This document shows positions 32,768-42,002 of a stretch of DNA of 64,000 nt, one piece after another. Origin of the DNA: an uncultured bacterium (GTDB taxonomy: Bacteria > Auribacterota > Erginobacteria > Erginobacterales > Erginobacteraceae); assembly GCA_963822585.1 (NCBI GenBank), contig CAWGIE010000026.1, forward strand, positions 288,001-352,000, read 5' to 3'. The notes below the pieces were generated by a model, which did no database searches, was not told the DNA's origin, and was given only the letters and a program-made list of their open reading frames with translations. The translations under genes and the position numbers were made by a program. Positions within the stretch are counted from its first letter, which is position 1. The number at the start of each line of letters is the position of its first letter.

Positions 32768-33814
32768 ATGAGCGTGTTCAGGGACAATATAAAGGAATTG
32801 AATCCTTACGTGCCCGGATTCCAGCCCAAAGAAGCCGGATTTATCAAGCTCAATACCAATGAGAACCCTTACCCGCCGTCCCCGAGGGTGAGAGAGGCGA
32901 TTCTCGCTCTCGGGGAGTCTACCCTCCGGCTCTACCCCGACCCGTATTCGGACCGGCTCCGGGACACGATCGCCGCGGTATACGGATGCGGCCGGGAGAA
33001 TATCATCGTCGGGAATGGCTCCGATGAACTCCTCTCGATAGCTTTCCGGTGTTTCGTGGGGGAGGGTGACCGGGTTGTATTCCCGTCGCCTTCCTACAGC
33101 CTCTTCGGTGTCCTGGCCCGGGTCCAGGGAGCGGAGGTTTCCGAGGTGCCGCTCGACGATGACTTCAACCTGGCACCGTCTTTCGCCGGGATGCCGGCGG
33201 CGCTGAAGCTGATCGCGTCGCCCAACTCGCCCACCGGGACCGTCTGCCCGGCGGAGGCGGTTATCCGGGTACTCGAGCAGAGCGGGGGGATGGTGCTGGT
33301 GGACGAGGCCTATGTCGACTTCGCCGACAGCAACTGCCTCTCCCTGATCGAAAAGTACCCGAACCTCCTGGTGACCCGGACCTGCTCGAAATCATACTCC
33401 CTGGCCGGTCTCCGGGTCGGTTACGCCTTCGGGACGGCGGAGACGATCTCCGGGATGATGAAGGTCAAGGATTCCTATAATCTGAACGCCGTCAGCGCGG
33501 CCGCGGCCCGCGCCGCCCTGGCGGACCGCGACTATTTCAGCCGGACAGTGGCCAGAGTCAGGGAGGGAAGGGAGAAGCTCGCGGTCTCGCTCTTCCGACT
33601 GGGCTTCACCCCCTTTCCCTCCGGGGCCAATTTCCTTCTCTGCCGGGCGCCCGGGGGGAGGGCGGAAGAGATCTACCATGAACTTCTGAAACGGAAGATC
33701 CTGGTCCGCTATTTCGCCGCGCCGCGACTGAAAGAGTGTCTCCGGATCAGCATCGGCACTCCGAATGAGATGGAAGCGCTGGTCAGCGCCGTCGCGGAGA
33801 TACTTGAAGAATAG
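32768..33814 (+). CDS. hisC: Histidinol-phosphate aminotransferase
   Basis: KLNTNENP, GNGSDE, PNSPTG, DEAY, RTCSKSYSLAGLRVG. Confidence 0.97.
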   Translation: MSVFRDNIKELNPYVPGFQPKEAGFIKLNTNENPYPPSPRVREAILALGESTLRLYPDPYSDRLRDTIAAVYGCGRENIIVGNGSDELLSIAFRCFVGEGDRVVFPSPSYSLFGVLARVQGAEVSEVPLDDDFNLAPSFAGMPAALKLIASPNSPTGTVCPAEAVIRVLEQSGGMVLVDEAYVDFADSNCLSLIEKYPNLLVTRTCSKSYSLAGLRVGYAFGTAETISGMMKVKDSYNLNAVSAAAARAALADRDYFSRTVARVREGREKLAVSLFRLGFTPFPSGANFLLCRAPGGRAEEIYHELLKRKILVRYFAAPRLKECLRISIGTPNEMEALVSAVAEILEE

Positions 33815-33843
33815 CGGGCTAAATCAACAATGGAGAGTCATCG

Positions 33844-34434
33844 ATGAGAAAGAGGATCGGCCGAGTTGCCAGAAAGACGAAAGAGACCGACATCACCGTC
33901 CAGCTCACTATCGAGGGGAACGGCGCGAGTTCCATCGAGACCGGCATCCCCTTTTTCGACCACATGCTGGAACTTTTCAGCAAACATGGCCTCTTCGATC
34001 TTCGGATCAGAGCGGAAGGGGATCTCAAGGTCGATTTTCATCACACTGTTGAAGATCTGGGGATCTGTCTCGGCCAGGCATTCGCCGAGGCACTGGGGGA
34101 GAAAAAAGGCATCCGCCGATACGGAGAAGCCGTCGTCCCCATGGACGAGGCTCTCGCCTCGGTTGCCGTGGATCTGGGGGGGCGGAGTTTCCTGGCCTAC
34201 AACATTAAAATCCGCCGGATCAAGATCGGGGATTTTAACGTTTCCTTATTCAAGGAATTTTTCAAGGCTTTCGCGGACCAGGCCCGGATGGCTATTCACA
34301 TCAACGTAGCCTACGGCGATAACGCGCACCATGTCATCGAGGCGGTCTTTAAGGCGACCGGGAGGGCCCTGCGGGAAGCTACGGAGGCGGATCCCCGGGT
34401 AAAGGGGATCCCGTCAACGAAAGGAAGCTTATAA
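33844..34434 (+). CDS. hisB: Imidazoleglycerol-phosphate dehydratase
   Basis: RKTKETDI, FFDHML, DFHHTVED, PMDEAL, NAHHVIEA, PSTKG. Confidence 0.97.
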   Translation: MRKRIGRVARKTKETDITVQLTIEGNGASSIETGIPFFDHMLELFSKHGLFDLRIRAEGDLKVDFHHTVEDLGICLGQAFAEALGEKKGIRRYGEAVVPMDEALASVAVDLGGRSFLAYNIKIRRIKIGDFNVSLFKEFFKAFADQARMAIHINVAYGDNAHHVIEAVFKATGRALREATEADPRVKGIPSTKGSL

Positions 34435-34439
34435 ACAGC

Positions 34440-34535
34440 TGGAGTGGTGGAATCATGGAGTACTGGAGTAATGGAGCGGCCGGCCGCCGTTTCCGCCGCC
34501 CGCCATTCCACTACTCCATCACTCCAGGTTACTCC
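34440..34535. repeat. Inverted octamer-array element
   Basis: TGGAGTGG TGGAATCA TGGAGTAC TGGAGTAA TGGAGCGG ... cattcca ctactcca tcactcca. Confidence 0.85.
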
Positions 34536-34564
34536 TGCCTGGGACACGGCAATCCATTGCTACC

Positions 34565-35287
34565 ATGATCGTCATACCGGCTATCGACATCAAATCCGGC
34601 CGCTGCGTCCGCCTCTTTCAGGGGATGGCCGAGCGGGAGACCGTTTATGGCGAAGACCCGGCGGCGATGGCCCGCAGATGGGAAGGGGAGGGAGCCGAAT
34701 TCCTGCACGTGGTCGATCTGGACGGCGCCTTTGAGGGGGAACCGAAAAATTGGGGGGCGGTGCAAGAGATTATCAGTTCCGTCAAGGTCCCGATCCAACT
34801 GGGGGGAGGGATCCGCTCCCGGGAAACCATCGAGATGCTTCTGGCCGGCGGTGTCACCCGGGTGATCATCGGGAGCCGGGCGGCCGGGGACACGGACTTC
34901 CTTCGGGAGATCTTCCGCGAGTTCCGGGGATGGATCGTCCCCTCCATCGACGCACGCGCCGGACAGGTTCTGGTCAAAGGCTGGGCGGAAGAAACCGGAC
35001 TCAGGGCTGCCGATCTGGGCAACGACCTGCGGAAAATCGGTTTCCGGCTGATTATCTATACCGACACCGCCGTCGATGGAACTCTGGAAGGCCCCAACCT
35101 TCCCGCGATCGAAAATTTTTTAGACCAGACCGGTCTGACGCTGATTGCCGCGGGTGGAATTTCCCGTTTAGCGGATATTATTCAGCTTAAGCGGCTCGGA
35201 GGAAAAGGATTAGCCGGTGTTATCACCGGGAAAGCGATCTACGACGGGGCCCTGGATCTGAAAGAAGCCATCCATGCCGCCCAATGA
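34565..35287 (+). CDS. hisA: ProFAR isomerase
   Basis: IPAIDI..GRCVRL.QG, HVVDLDGA, GGGIR, YTD..VDGTLEGPN, GKAIY. Confidence 0.97.
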   Translation: MIVIPAIDIKSGRCVRLFQGMAERETVYGEDPAAMARRWEGEGAEFLHVVDLDGAFEGEPKNWGAVQEIISSVKVPIQLGGGIRSRETIEMLLAGGVTRVIIGSRAAGDTDFLREIFREFRGWIVPSIDARAGQVLVKGWAEETGLRAADLGNDLRKIGFRLIIYTDTAVDGTLEGPNLPAIENFLDQTGLTLIAAGGISRLADIIQLKRLGGKGLAGVITGKAIYDGALDLKEAIHAAQ

Positions 35288-35295
35288 ACCTAATA

Positions 35296-35480
35296 AACCA
35301 CGAAGGACACGAAGAACACGAAGGATTAAACGTATTAGATGATAGCTTGATTCTCCGCTTGAGGTGGATCGCAATAGCATTTTAAGATTTCTCAGGGAAC
35401 CTCTAAAGGTGCGATTATCACATGTTAACCCAAAATACTAATCTGGTTTGTTCTTCGTGTCCTTCGTGTTCTTCGTGGTT
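35296..35480. repeat. Inverted nonamer-array element (CACGAAGNN)x3
   Basis: aaccacgaaggacacgaagaacacgaagga ... ttcttcgtgtccttcgtgttcttcgtggtt. Confidence 0.9.
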
Positions 35481-35498
35481 AAAAAATTTCAGGAGAAG

Positions 35499-35915
35499 AT
35501 GATCGTGAAAGAACTGGAAGAAGGGAGTAAACTGCAACTTGATTTCGGAAAGATCGCCAAGGTCGCCGCGAACTGCCCGGATGTGATCCCGGTCGCCCTC
35601 CAGAACGCGGACACCGGGGAGGTCATCCTGATCGCCTATACCAACGAGGAGGCTTTCCGGAAAGCCCTCTCGACCCGCACCGTCGTCCTCTGGAGCACGT
35701 CCCGCAATGAACTGTGGGAGAAAGGGAAGACGTCCGGAGAAACCTTCTGCTTGATCGAGGCGTATGTGAACTGCGAGCAGAATTCGCTGGTTTATAAAGT
35801 CCGACCGAAAAGGGGAGGGATCTGCCATACGAAGAACAACAACGGTGAGCCGCGAAATTGTTACTACCGCCGGGTGGATTTTGATACCTTGATGCTGGAA
35901 AACATCAACCCCTGA
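35499..35915 (+). CDS. hisI: Phosphoribosyl-AMP cyclohydrolase
   Basis: WSTSRNELWEKGKTSG, VNCEQNSL, GGICHT, CYYR; AGGAG SD before ATG 35499. Confidence 0.93.
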   Translation: MIVKELEEGSKLQLDFGKIAKVAANCPDVIPVALQNADTGEVILIAYTNEEAFRKALSTRTVVLWSTSRNELWEKGKTSGETFCLIEAYVNCEQNSLVYKVRPKRGGICHTKNNNGEPRNCYYRRVDFDTLMLENINP

Positions 35916-35949
35916 TCTAAATGAGCGAGCACGGCTCGCTGATTTAGAT
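35915..35949. terminator. Hairpin after hisI
   Basis: ATCTAAATGAGCGAGC-acg-GCTCGCTGATTTAGAT. Confidence 0.5.
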
Positions 35950-36083
35950 GTTATACTTATCACTTGCAATAATCAGATAAATTGACGATAATTATGGGAT
36001 CATGATGGATCAAACACATCATGACCAACCGGTAACTTTGGCGAAATCCCTTTTACGGGATAAGCGAAAAAGGAGGTAGTAGT

Positions 36084-36401
36084 ATGCAGGATAAAGGATT
36101 GATCGGGACAATATTTGATTTTTCATTTAGTGAATTTGTCACCACAAAAGTCATCAAGTTTCTTCTCGGCCTGGCAATGGCGATCAACGTCATCGTCACC
36201 ATTGTGATCATTGTCGGCGGTTTTAATAACGGAGCCCTGGCCGGCATCGTAACATTAATCCTGTCTCCGATTATCTATCTGGTGCTGATGCTCTTCTCAA
36301 GGATTTATCTTGAGCTGATCATCGTCATCTTCCGGATCGCGGAAAACCTGATCGCGATCAAGGAAAAACTGGGCGGAGGAGAGGGCCCCGAAAACGCCTA
36401 A
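36084..36401 (+). CDS. DUF4282-like small membrane protein
   Basis: FDFSFSEFVTTKVIK ... RIYLELIIVIFRIAENL; AGGAGG SD. Confidence 0.8.
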   Translation: MQDKGLIGTIFDFSFSEFVTTKVIKFLLGLAMAINVIVTIVIIVGGFNNGALAGIVTLILSPIIYLVLMLFSRIYLELIIVIFRIAENLIAIKEKLGGGEGPENA

Positions 36402-36489
36402 GCGGAGTGAGAATACGATCACTTCTTCCGGCGGGACAGGTCAGGCAGTCCGCATTCCCCGCGGGCGAATCCTGCTGCGCTTCCTGGCG

Positions 36490-38340
36490 GTGGTGATCCT
36501 GGCCCTCGGGATACGGGGAGCATACCAACTGGAACGTCGTTTCGAGCCATCCCGGTACGATCTCGCCTACGGGATGGATGAGTATAACTATGACCGGCTG
36601 GCCGCCAGTCGGGTCGCCGGGAGATTTTTCTTCCCCGGGGTCATTTACTCACTGCCCGGATATCCCGCGCTCCTCCATCCCCTCTATCTGATCGGGGGGA
36701 GAAGCCTTGACCTGGTCCGGGCAGCGCAGGCACTCCTGGGCGCCATCAGCTGCGGGCTGACCTTTCTGCTGGGGAGAAAAGTCTTCGGCCCGAAGGCCGG
36801 GCTGCTGGCGGCCCTGATCGCGATTTTTTATGGGCCGAGCCTCTTTTTTGAGACCCGGCTGGTTCCAGCTACGGCCGGGTTGCTGGCCAGCCTGTTGTCG
36901 CTGACCTGGCTGGCCTATCTCCCGGGAGCGAACCGGCGACCGGCCTGGCTCATGGGGGGGGTCCTTCTCGGCGTGGCCGCCCTCTTCGCGGCCGGGAATC
37001 TTTTGCTGGCGCTTCTGATACTCTTGTTCTGGATCCCCGGGAATAGTGTCCCCCCTCTTTCTCTGATCTGGAAAGAAACCCTGGTGCTGCTGGGGGTGCT
37101 GCTGGTCCTGACCCCGGCCGCGACCAGAAACAGCCGGCAGGCCGGCGCCCCGGTCGCCCTCACGGCCCATGCGGGAATCAATTTTTTCATCGGGAATAAT
37201 CCGGAATCCACCGGAGGATTCAAAACCCCTCTTTTTCTCACGCCTTCGGCCACCGGGATCATTCTTGACTCCCACCGCGTGGCGGAAGAACGGGCGGGGA
37301 AGAGGCTGTCGCCGGGAGGATCTTCCTGGTTCTGGTTTAAAGAAGGCCTGAGATATCTGTTCTCCGCTCCCGGCAACACCCTGCGCCTTACGATGCTGAA
37401 GATCGGCCTGCTGATCGGGCCCCGGGAATATCCTGACATCGGCGGAAACCGTGAGGGGGCAAAGAGGGACTTTCAGCTTTACGGGATCCCCCTGGTCCCT
37501 TTCGGGTTGATCGTTCCCTTCGCGGCCGCCGGGCTGTTTTTATCGCCTCGACGGAAAAGAACACGGATGTTATTATTGCTCTATCTGATAGCCGGGGTCT
37601 CCGCCATAGTGTTTTTTTATTATCAGGACCGGGCCCGTTTGCTGATTGTCCCGGTCTGCGCCATTTTCGCCGGCGGATGTGTCCAGTTCTTATTCCGGGC
37701 ATTGCGTGACAGACAGTTAAAACGGGCTTTCCCCGTCATCATTTTCCTGTTCGCGGCTTTTGTCGCTCTTTGGAATCTGCCAGCGGTGGAGATGCGGTCT
37801 GAGACCAACCTGCTGATGACCCGGGCCCAGAAAAATTTCAGGGAGCGGAACATGTCTGTTGCCCGTGACATGCTGGATAGAGCGCTGCTCCTCCATCCCG
37901 GGCTGGGGGGGGCGTATCTTGTCCTGGGCGATGTTGCTTCGCTGGAGGGAAACGAGCCGGCGGCCGAGGAATATTACCGGGTTGCGGAACAAAAAGAACC
38001 GTTGAATCCCGACCCGGCTTTACGGTTAAGCATTCTCTTCCTGGGAAGGGGAAAACTCAACGCGGCAAAAGGAGCGGCACTTCGGGCATTAACGATCGAT
38101 CCTCTTTCCTGGAAAGCCCACTCGCTGCTGGCAGACAGTTACTACTATAGTGGAGAGGAAGAAGAAGCATACCGGCAGGCCCGGATCGCCGTGCAGCTCA
38201 ACCCGAATTCGGCCAAGGATCACAACAATCTTGCCCTCCATTTTTCCCGGGAAGGAGATCCCGGCATGGCGGAATATCATTACCGCCGGGCCGCCCGAAT
38301 CGGCGGCTGGACCACTGAAGAGGAAGATGCTCCAAAATGA
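36490..38340 (+). CDS. GT-C (PMT/ArnT-like) membrane protein with C-terminal TPRs
   Basis: DEYNY, PGYP, GINFFIGNNP; C-terminal TPR helices (AVQLNPNSAKDHNNLA); start uncertain. Confidence 0.8.
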   Translation: MVILALGIRGAYQLERRFEPSRYDLAYGMDEYNYDRLAASRVAGRFFFPGVIYSLPGYPALLHPLYLIGGRSLDLVRAAQALLGAISCGLTFLLGRKVFGPKAGLLAALIAIFYGPSLFFETRLVPATAGLLASLLSLTWLAYLPGANRRPAWLMGGVLLGVAALFAAGNLLLALLILLFWIPGNSVPPLSLIWKETLVLLGVLLVLTPAATRNSRQAGAPVALTAHAGINFFIGNNPESTGGFKTPLFLTPSATGIILDSHRVAEERAGKRLSPGGSSWFWFKEGLRYLFSAPGNTLRLTMLKIGLLIGPREYPDIGGNREGAKRDFQLYGIPLVPFGLIVPFAAAGLFLSPRRKRTRMLLLLYLIAGVSAIVFFYYQDRARLLIVPVCAIFAGGCVQFLFRALRDRQLKRAFPVIIFLFAAFVALWNLPAVEMRSETNLLMTRAQKNFRERNMSVARDMLDRALLLHPGLGGAYLVLGDVASLEGNEPAAEEYYRVAEQKEPLNPDPALRLSILFLGRGKLNAAKGAALRALTIDPLSWKAHSLLADSYYYSGEEEEAYRQARIAVQLNPNSAKDHNNLALHFSREGDPGMAEYHYRRAARIGGWTTEEEDAPK

Positions 38341-39224
38341 AGAGATGGCTCGGCAGCACCGGTCCGTATCTGTATATCCTCCCGGCTTTTTCGGTGATCT
38401 TGATCTTCCTGATCATACCCATGTTCTATGCCCTCTACCTCAGCTTCTTCCGCTGGGACATGGTCTCGCCCCGCCAGTTTGTCGGGCTGACTAACTACTG
38501 GATAATCTTCCAGGACAGTGACTTCCTGCTATCTCTTCTCAATACCCTCATCTTTTCCCTCGGTTCTATTATCTTCGGCCTCGGTCTGTCGCTGATCTTC
38601 GCCATCCTGCTCAGCAAGAAGATCAGGGGACTCGGCCTCTTCCGCACCGCTTTTTTCATCCCCTATGTCGCTTCGATGACAGCCATCGCCATTGTCTGGC
38701 GGTGGATCCTACAGCCCCGGGGATTGCTTAACTCTGTCCTCAACCCGATCTTCTCCTTGCTCCATTTGAACCTGGCCGATATCAGGTGGCTCCAGCAACC
38801 CGGGCCGGCCCGGGCGGCCATCATCCTTTTCGTGATCTGGAAGACAATGGGTTTCAATATCCTGATCTTCCTGACCCGGCTACTGGATATCAATCCGTCG
38901 TATTATGAAGCGGCCGACATCGACGGCGCCAGCGCCTTAGCCAAATTCCGTTATATTACCTGGCCGCTCCTGCTGCCGACCACGCTCTTCCTGCTTACCA
39001 TCTCGACCATCTTCTCCATTCAGATGTTCATCCCGGTCTTCATCCTGACCCCTGACGGAGGACCGCTCAAGAGTACCACCACCAGCGTTTTCTATCTTTA
39101 CAAGACAGCATTCAGCAACAACCTCTTCGGATACGCCTGCGCCATCGCCTACATTCTTTTCTTCATCATTCTCATCCTCACCCTGTTACAGAAAAAATTT
39201 CTGGGAGCAAAGCCGGATGAATAG
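38337..39224 (+). CDS. Carbohydrate ABC transporter permease (MalF/UgpA-like)
   Basis: FVGLTNY, YYEAADIDGA (EAA loop), ITWPLL. Confidence 0.92.
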   Translation: MKRWLGSTGPYLYILPAFSVILIFLIIPMFYALYLSFFRWDMVSPRQFVGLTNYWIIFQDSDFLLSLLNTLIFSLGSIIFGLGLSLIFAILLSKKIRGLGLFRTAFFIPYVASMTAIAIVWRWILQPRGLLNSVLNPIFSLLHLNLADIRWLQQPGPARAAIILFVIWKTMGFNILIFLTRLLDINPSYYEAADIDGASALAKFRYITWPLLLPTTLFLLTISTIFSIQMFIPVFILTPDGGPLKSTTTSVFYLYKTAFSNNLFGYACAIAYILFFIILILTLLQKKFLGAKPDE

Positions 39225-39293
39225 GCGCGGTGTCACCGGGAACAAACGGACTCAACGTTGAACAGTTAAACCGGATAGTATAAGCAGGAAAAA

Positions 39294-40601
39294 ATGCCGT
39301 CACCCCGAACAACAAAAACCATCTCACCCCGCCTGCTCGTTTACCTGATGCTCACGGTGGGGGGAATTACCATGATCTTCCCTTTTATCTGGATGCTGAG
39401 CACCTCTTTCAAATCATCACTCGAGGTGCTCTCCGCGCAGATTTCCCTGCTCCCCGAGCAGAAGAAATATATCCGGGTCAACGAGAACCTGGAACAGGTG
39501 GAATTTGCCGTTGCCCTCGACCTGCAGAGGGAGATCTCCCTCCGGGAGGGTGAGCTCTCGGAATTGATCAGGGGGGCTGTACCCGGCGACACCTCTTTCA
39601 GAATGCTGCTTTCAAATGAATTCAGCCGTCTACGGGGGGAACTGGAGAAATATTTCCGGAGGTTTCATCCCCGGGACGAAGTCGTCGCAACCGTCACCTC
39701 CCTGACGGACGACACCATCCAACGGCTGTCCCTGTCGAAAGAGATCGGGTCTCTTCCGGCCTCTGCCGGAGAACGGATCCGCGAGGGACTCCTGAAAATG
39801 ACGGATGGAATGAAGAGGATCACCGCCGGGGGCGTCTACGGCACCGAGCTGGTAGAAGTGGTTATCCTGGCCGGGGAAAAAAGAGGGGAAACGGCCGCCG
39901 TGCCTCCGGATGAGATAGTGTACAAACGGTTTCTCTGGGAGAACTTCAAGAAGGCCTGGCAGGCGGCACCGTTCGCACGCTATTTTCTCAACAGCATCAT
40001 CATGTCGGTGGCGGTCACTATAGGACAGGTGATAACCTCGGCCATGGCTGCCTATGCGTTTGCCCGGATGCGGTTCCGTTTCAAGGAAACCCTCTTCATG
40101 GTCCTCCTGGCAACCATGATGATCCCCAAGCAAGTTATCCTGATCCCGGACTACGCCATTATCTCCTGGCTCAAGTGGGTGAACACCTACTACGCGTTGA
40201 TCGTTCCCTTTATCGGAGCTGTCTTCGGCATCTATTTCCTGCGCCAGCACTTCGAGACTCTTCCCCAGGATCTTTTTGACGCGGCCAGCATCGACGGCTG
40301 CGGGAGGTTCCGGACGCTCTTTAGAATCGTTCTCCCCTTATCGAGCAGCGTCATTCTCACCGTCGCCCTCTTCACCTTCATCATGACCTGGAACTCGCTC
40401 CTTTGGCCGCTGGTCATGACGAACACCCCGGAGATGCGACCTCTCCAGGTCGGGCTGGCGGTCTTCAACCAGGAGAGCGGCACCGACTGGGAACTGCTGA
40501 TGGCGGCTTCAACCTTCTCCATTCTGCCGCTGCTGGTCATCTTCTTTATCGCCCAGAAACAATTTATCGAAGGCATCACCCGGTCGGGTATGAAAGGATA
40601 A
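39294..40601 (+). CDS. Carbohydrate ABC transporter permease (MalG/UgpE-like) with a large extracytoplasmic insertion
   Basis: PFIWMLSTSFK ... about 150 extra aa ... WENFKKAW..PFARYFLNS, DAASIDG, WNSLLWPL. Confidence 0.9.
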   Translation: MPSPRTTKTISPRLLVYLMLTVGGITMIFPFIWMLSTSFKSSLEVLSAQISLLPEQKKYIRVNENLEQVEFAVALDLQREISLREGELSELIRGAVPGDTSFRMLLSNEFSRLRGELEKYFRRFHPRDEVVATVTSLTDDTIQRLSLSKEIGSLPASAGERIREGLLKMTDGMKRITAGGVYGTELVEVVILAGEKRGETAAVPPDEIVYKRFLWENFKKAWQAAPFARYFLNSIIMSVAVTIGQVITSAMAAYAFARMRFRFKETLFMVLLATMMIPKQVILIPDYAIISWLKWVNTYYALIVPFIGAVFGIYFLRQHFETLPQDLFDAASIDGCGRFRTLFRIVLPLSSSVILTVALFTFIMTWNSLLWPLVMTNTPEMRPLQVGLAVFNQESGTDWELLMAASTFSILPLLVIFFIAQKQFIEGITRSGMKG

Positions 40602-40643
40602 TATTTTCTGCGAAATTATTATCGCGTAAAGGTCACACGTGTT

Positions 40644-41942
40644 ATGAAACATCCTTTTAAATGTCGAGCATCATTTGAATTAGTTTTAATACTTCTGTTA
40701 GTGTCTTTTCTTCCCTTTATCGGCTGTTCCGAAGGAACAGCCGATAAAGGAAAGGGAGGGAAAATAATAGTGAGGTTCTGGCATGCCATGGGCGGTCCCC
40801 TGGGGGAAGTGCTCAACTCGATGATCGACGAATTCAACCAGGCTCATCCCGGCTGGTTTATCAAGTCGGAGAGCATGGGAAGCTACGAAGCCCTCAAGCA
40901 GAAGATACTGGCCTCCATCATAGCAGGTAACCAACCGGACATGGCCCAGGCCTATGAAGCATGGATATCAACCCTGCTTGGTGGAGAGGCCCTGGTCGAC
41001 CTGGGAGAACTCGATCCGGAATTCAAGAAGGACCTGAACGACTTCTTCCCGGTTTTCATCAGGGACAGCATCTACGACGGGAAGTTGATGTCGCTCCCCT
41101 TCAACAAAAGCGTCCCCGTTATTTATTATAACAAAGATCTCTTCCGGCGCGCCGGGCTCGATCCCGATTCCCCCCCAAAAACATGGGACGAGTTCGTCAG
41201 CGTTTGCCAACAGCTGACCCGCGACTTTGACGGCGACGGCAAACCGGACCAGTGGGGGTTCAAATTCTCGGATCACGCGACCTATTTTGAGTGCCTCCTG
41301 GTACAGAATGGCGGGCGGCTCTTTGACGAGAAAGACCGGACCATGGTATTCAATTCGCCGGAGGGGGCGGAGGCTCTCCAGTACCTGGTTGACCTCGTCC
41401 ATAAATACCGCGTGGCCGACTTCTATCTGGGTGGGTACCAGCATCAGGTCGACTTCGCGGCCCAGAAAGTGGCGATGATTGTAGCTTCCTGCGTTTCCCG
41501 GATTTTTATGAAGAAACAGCTGAACTTCGACTGGGGTATCGCTCCCTTGCTGACAAAAAAGCAGCGGGGAAACCTGGTTTACGGGACTAATATCGTCATT
41601 TTCTCCCGTTCGTCGCCCGAGAAACAGCGAATCGCCTGGGAGTTCATCAAGTGGTTCACCAGCCCCGAGAATTCCGCCCGCTGGGCGCTACTGACCAACT
41701 ACGTTCCGGTCCGGAAATCCAGCCTCGATCTTGAGATCATGCGGGCTGAGTTCCGGGATAACCCCGACAGCCGGGTGCCCGTCGGGGAACTGGACTACGC
41801 GTTCTTCGAGCCTCGGTGGCGCCAGTGGCTCCAGGTCAGGGAATATCTGGGGGACGCGATCAAAGGGACCCTGCTCGGGAAAGAAACACCCGGGGCGGCC
41901 CTCGATCGCGCCGTAGAGAAAGGAAAACTCTGGCTTAAATAA
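40644..41942 (+). CDS. ABC transporter substrate-binding lipoprotein (UgpB-like)
   Basis: Lipobox FIGC, FWHAMGG, LPFNKS, YYNKDLF, PPKTWDE. Confidence 0.9.
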   Translation: MKHPFKCRASFELVLILLLVSFLPFIGCSEGTADKGKGGKIIVRFWHAMGGPLGEVLNSMIDEFNQAHPGWFIKSESMGSYEALKQKILASIIAGNQPDMAQAYEAWISTLLGGEALVDLGELDPEFKKDLNDFFPVFIRDSIYDGKLMSLPFNKSVPVIYYNKDLFRRAGLDPDSPPKTWDEFVSVCQQLTRDFDGDGKPDQWGFKFSDHATYFECLLVQNGGRLFDEKDRTMVFNSPEGAEALQYLVDLVHKYRVADFYLGGYQHQVDFAAQKVAMIVASCVSRIFMKKQLNFDWGIAPLLTKKQRGNLVYGTNIVIFSRSSPEKQRIAWEFIKWFTSPENSARWALLTNYVPVRKSSLDLEIMRAEFRDNPDSRVPVGELDYAFFEPRWRQWLQVREYLGDAIKGTLLGKETPGAALDRAVEKGKLWLK

Positions 41943-42002
41943 ATGCCGTCAGCTCCGCGGCCATCATTTAATTATATTCAATTTCTAAACCTGCCAACAT
42001 CG

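Noticed and set aside
35448..35498. N-terminal extension MFFVSFVFFVV on HisI, and HEEHEGHEE-type ORFs
   Set aside because: These are translations of the nonamer repeat arms; the real start with an SD is at 35499.
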